Shown in pieces: positions 60,542 through 64,000 of a stretch of 64,000 nt of DNA. Location: NCBI GenBank assembly GCA_900617105.1, contig UYFQ01000001.1:4464001-4528000 (forward strand). Direction: 5' to 3'. The stretch's first letter is position 1; each line of letters starts with the position of its first letter. A model generated the notes under the pieces. That model was given only the letters and a program-made list of their open reading frames with translations. It was not told the DNA's origin and searched no databases. The translations under genes were made by a program, and so were the position numbers. Source of the DNA: Hydrurus foetidus. Taxonomy: Eukaryota.

Positions 60542-61429
60542 TCACTTGTAGTCGGGTAGAGCGTGCAGCGGAATGTCGTGCGCCAACGCCAGTGTTGCCA
60601 AATCGGCGCAGTTTTGGCGTTTGAAATACTTGCTTAAGCGTAGCTGGGTAACGGGTGCAAACATGTCTTTTGGGTTGGTCAATGCAATGTTTGCTGCGGC
60701 GCAAAGTCGCACGGCAAAGTGTGGCTCTAGCGCGGCAACTGCAACGCGGCCGCCCAAGCATGCGTAAATTTGGTAGCCCGCATGCCCACCGCCGACGGCT
60801 GCGCCCGGCAACGTCAAGCCCCAAGCGCGGGGGAGCGCCAAATAGCCTGCCGCACCGCTTAGCGCGACTTCAGTGAACAAGCCTTTGCCTTTGGTGGCGC
60901 GTTGCATCAACACGCTCAGTACCGCCTCGCTCGCCATCACTGAGCCGCCCATGTCGGCGTACAGCGTAGGCGGCAAGTCGAGCCCGGTGACCAAACCCTG
61001 CTCAGCCAGATAGGTCAAATCGTGACCCGGCTCTTCAGCCCGTTCGCCCACCCCGCCGACGATGGCGACCTGACACAACTGCGGGTGCAGCTTTTGCAGC
61101 GCGTTGAAATTTAAACCCAGCTTGGCCAAAGCAGACGGGCGAAATGAAGTCAGCAGTACGTCGGCTTTGGCGAGTGCCTTGTGCAGCCTGGCTTGGCCCG
61201 CTGGGGTTTTCAGGTCTGCTTCGCTCACACGTACGCCGCTGTGCAACGCCGCATAAGCGGGCGGGTTGTAAAGCCGCATCGGGTCGCCAGAGGGCGGCTC
61301 GAACTTGGCGCAAATGGCGCCCATTTGCTGGCAACGCATTAGCGCTGCTGGGCCGGGCAGATTGAGCGCCAGGCTGACGATACGCATGCCTTTCAAAGGG
61401 CGCAGCGCAGGTGTTTTTGGAGTTGTCAT
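60542..61429 (-). CDS. CaiB/BaiF family CoA transferase
   Basis: LNLPGP, KFEPPSGD, ADVLLTSFRP, GHDLTY. Confidence 0.88.
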   Translation of the reverse strand: MTTPKTPALRPLKGMRIVSLALNLPGPAALMRCQQMGAICAKFEPPSGDPMRLYNPPAYAALHSGVRVSEADLKTPAGQARLHKALAKADVLLTSFRPSALAKLGLNFNALQKLHPQLCQVAIVGGVGERAEEPGHDLTYLAEQGLVTGLDLPPTLYADMGGSVMASEAVLSVLMQRATKGKGLFTEVALSGAAGYLALPRAWGLTLPGAAVGGGHAGYQIYACLGGRVAVAALEPHFAVRLCAAANIALTNPKDMFAPVTQLRLSKYFKRQNCADLATLALAHDIPLHALPDYK

Positions 61430-61431
61430 GT

Positions 61432-61479
61432 GCTATATATTTAAGAGCTGCTCACTCCCGTATTTATTAGGCTACAAGG
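61432..61479 (+). repeat. Dispersed ~48-bp motif, copy 14
   Basis: gctatatatttaagagc-tgctcactccc-gtatttatt-aggctacaagg. Confidence 0.75.
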
Positions 61480-61513
61480 ATAAAAATTATTGAAAATAGC
61501 CCAATTTATGCGT

Positions 61514-62806
<1,293 letters not shown>

Positions 62807-62894
62807 TTAATACCAATCAGTCACAATAAATACTTACTAGTAAATATCGCATCAATTAGTAGCAATTGCCATTTAAAACCGAAAAGGACACACC

Positions 62895-63527
62895 ATGCAA
62901 GCACAGCCAATGAATCGCCGCCAGTTCGCGCAGCGCGCTAGCAGCGCCGCTTTGCTGGCGCACGGTGCGTTGACTTTTGCTCAATCGCCGCCGCGAGCAG
63001 TTGCTGCAAAAGCGCCGCCTGAACTCGGTGCATTCGGCAGCGGTACGCCGTGGCAATTGATGGGAGCCGGCGCGTTGCGATTTTTCGGCTTCAAAGCGTA
63101 CGACGCTCATTTGTGGAACAGCGGCCCGACCGCGGCTGGGGCAAATCCGTTCACTGCCAAGGGCTTGTATGCGCTGGAAATTGTATACAACACAGGCATC
63201 AAGGCAGAGGAAATTGTCAATGTTTCGCTGGTTGAAATGGCGCGCTTGCGCAAACTGAGCGAAGCGCAAGTCAAGTCCTGGACGCTTGAAATGCAGCGCA
63301 CTTTTCCGTCGGTGGTAACGGGAGACCGGCTAACCGGGTTGCACGTCCCAAAAGTGGGCACGCGTTTCTTTTTTAACTCGCGTTTGATCTCTGAAATCAA
63401 CGACCCAGCTTTTGGCGATGCGTTCTTTGCAATTTGGCTCGACGAAGGCACCAAGCGCGCCGACTTGCGCAAGCAGTTGCTTGGCCAAACGACCGCAGCG
63501 CCTGCTGCAGCGCCAACCAACAATTGA
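62895..63527 (+). CDS. Chalcone isomerase-like family exported protein
   Basis: NRRQF Tat-like leader; G.GALRFFGFKAYDA.LW; FPSV..GD.LTG; FFAIWL...T. Confidence 0.75.
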   Translation: MQAQPMNRRQFAQRASSAALLAHGALTFAQSPPRAVAAKAPPELGAFGSGTPWQLMGAGALRFFGFKAYDAHLWNSGPTAAGANPFTAKGLYALEIVYNTGIKAEEIVNVSLVEMARLRKLSEAQVKSWTLEMQRTFPSVVTGDRLTGLHVPKVGTRFFFNSRLISEINDPAFGDAFFAIWLDEGTKRADLRKQLLGQTTAAPAAAPTNN

Positions 63528-63542
63528 TGCGTCTGCATTGGT

Positions 63543-64000
63543 TCAAACGCCAAGGTATTGCTGAAGCAAATCAGGCTGGGCATTCAGCGCTGCTGAGGTG
63601 CCCTCAAACACCACTTCACCCTTGACCAAAATCACATTGCGGTCGGTGATTTGCGTGACATGTTTATGGTTTTTGTCGACGATGACGGTGCTGATGCCGG
63701 TGCCTTTGATTAACTGACAAATTCGCCAGATGTCTTTGGCTATCAGCGGGGCCAAGCCTTCGGTGGCTTCGTCGAGGATCAGCACATCGGGGTTGGTCAT
63801 CAGCGCGCGGCCGATGGTGAGCATTTGCTGCTCGCCACCGCTGAGTTGTTGACCGCCGTGGTTTAGGCGCTCTTTTAATCTGGGGAAAGTTTCTAGCACT
63901 CGGTCGTAAGTCCAGTCGGCTCGCTGGCCCGTGCCGCCAGCGGCACTTCCTTGCTTGCCCGCCCGCGCAGCCATCTTTAAATTTTCAGTCACGCTCAGGT
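63543..64000 (-). CDS. ABC transporter ATP-binding protein (LivF-like), 5' partial
   Basis: FPRLKER, LSGGEQQML, LILDEATEGLAP. Confidence 0.9.
   Translation of the reverse strand, partial: LSVTENLKMAARAGKQGSAAGGTGQRADWTYDRVLETFPRLKERLNHGGQQLSGGEQQMLTIGRALMTNPDVLILDEATEGLAPLIAKDIWRICQLIKGTGISTVIVDKNHKHVTQITDRNVILVKGEVVFEGTSAALNAQPDLLQQYLGV

Overview
A 64-kb chromosomal window from a GC-rich betaproteobacterium; gene content and order look Comamonadaceae-like (Polaromonas/Rhodoferax type, by inference). The core backbone is an RND efflux operon, pmbA/yjgA/mog, a PaoABC-type molybdo-flavoenzyme, tyrB, uvrB, iscRSUA-hscBA-fdx, dnaQ, tRNA-Val(CAC), a PhoH protein, bcp, alaA, hom, thrC, mobB-moeA-moaD-moaE, clpB, an acyl-CoA synthetase, blc, yebC and pobA. 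Accessory or unusual structure: (1) small stress/detox genes at the left end, with an integron-cassette (attC) signature and a DUF4287-SnoaL fusion absent from the ORF track; (2) two type II TA modules; (3) an IS3 inserted in a REP hairpin inside a long palindromic element; (4) a REP doublet translated in frame inside thrC; (5) an internally deleted IS30; (6) a two-unit island of lipoproteins (two M60-like metallopeptidases plus an SGNH/SASA acetylesterase) bracketed by three direct copies of the acyl-CoA synthetase 3' end; (7) a ~48-bp motif present 14 times, four of them overlapping coding sequence of hscB, alaA, moeA and clpB. All family assignments come from motif recognition by eye; no database search was run.
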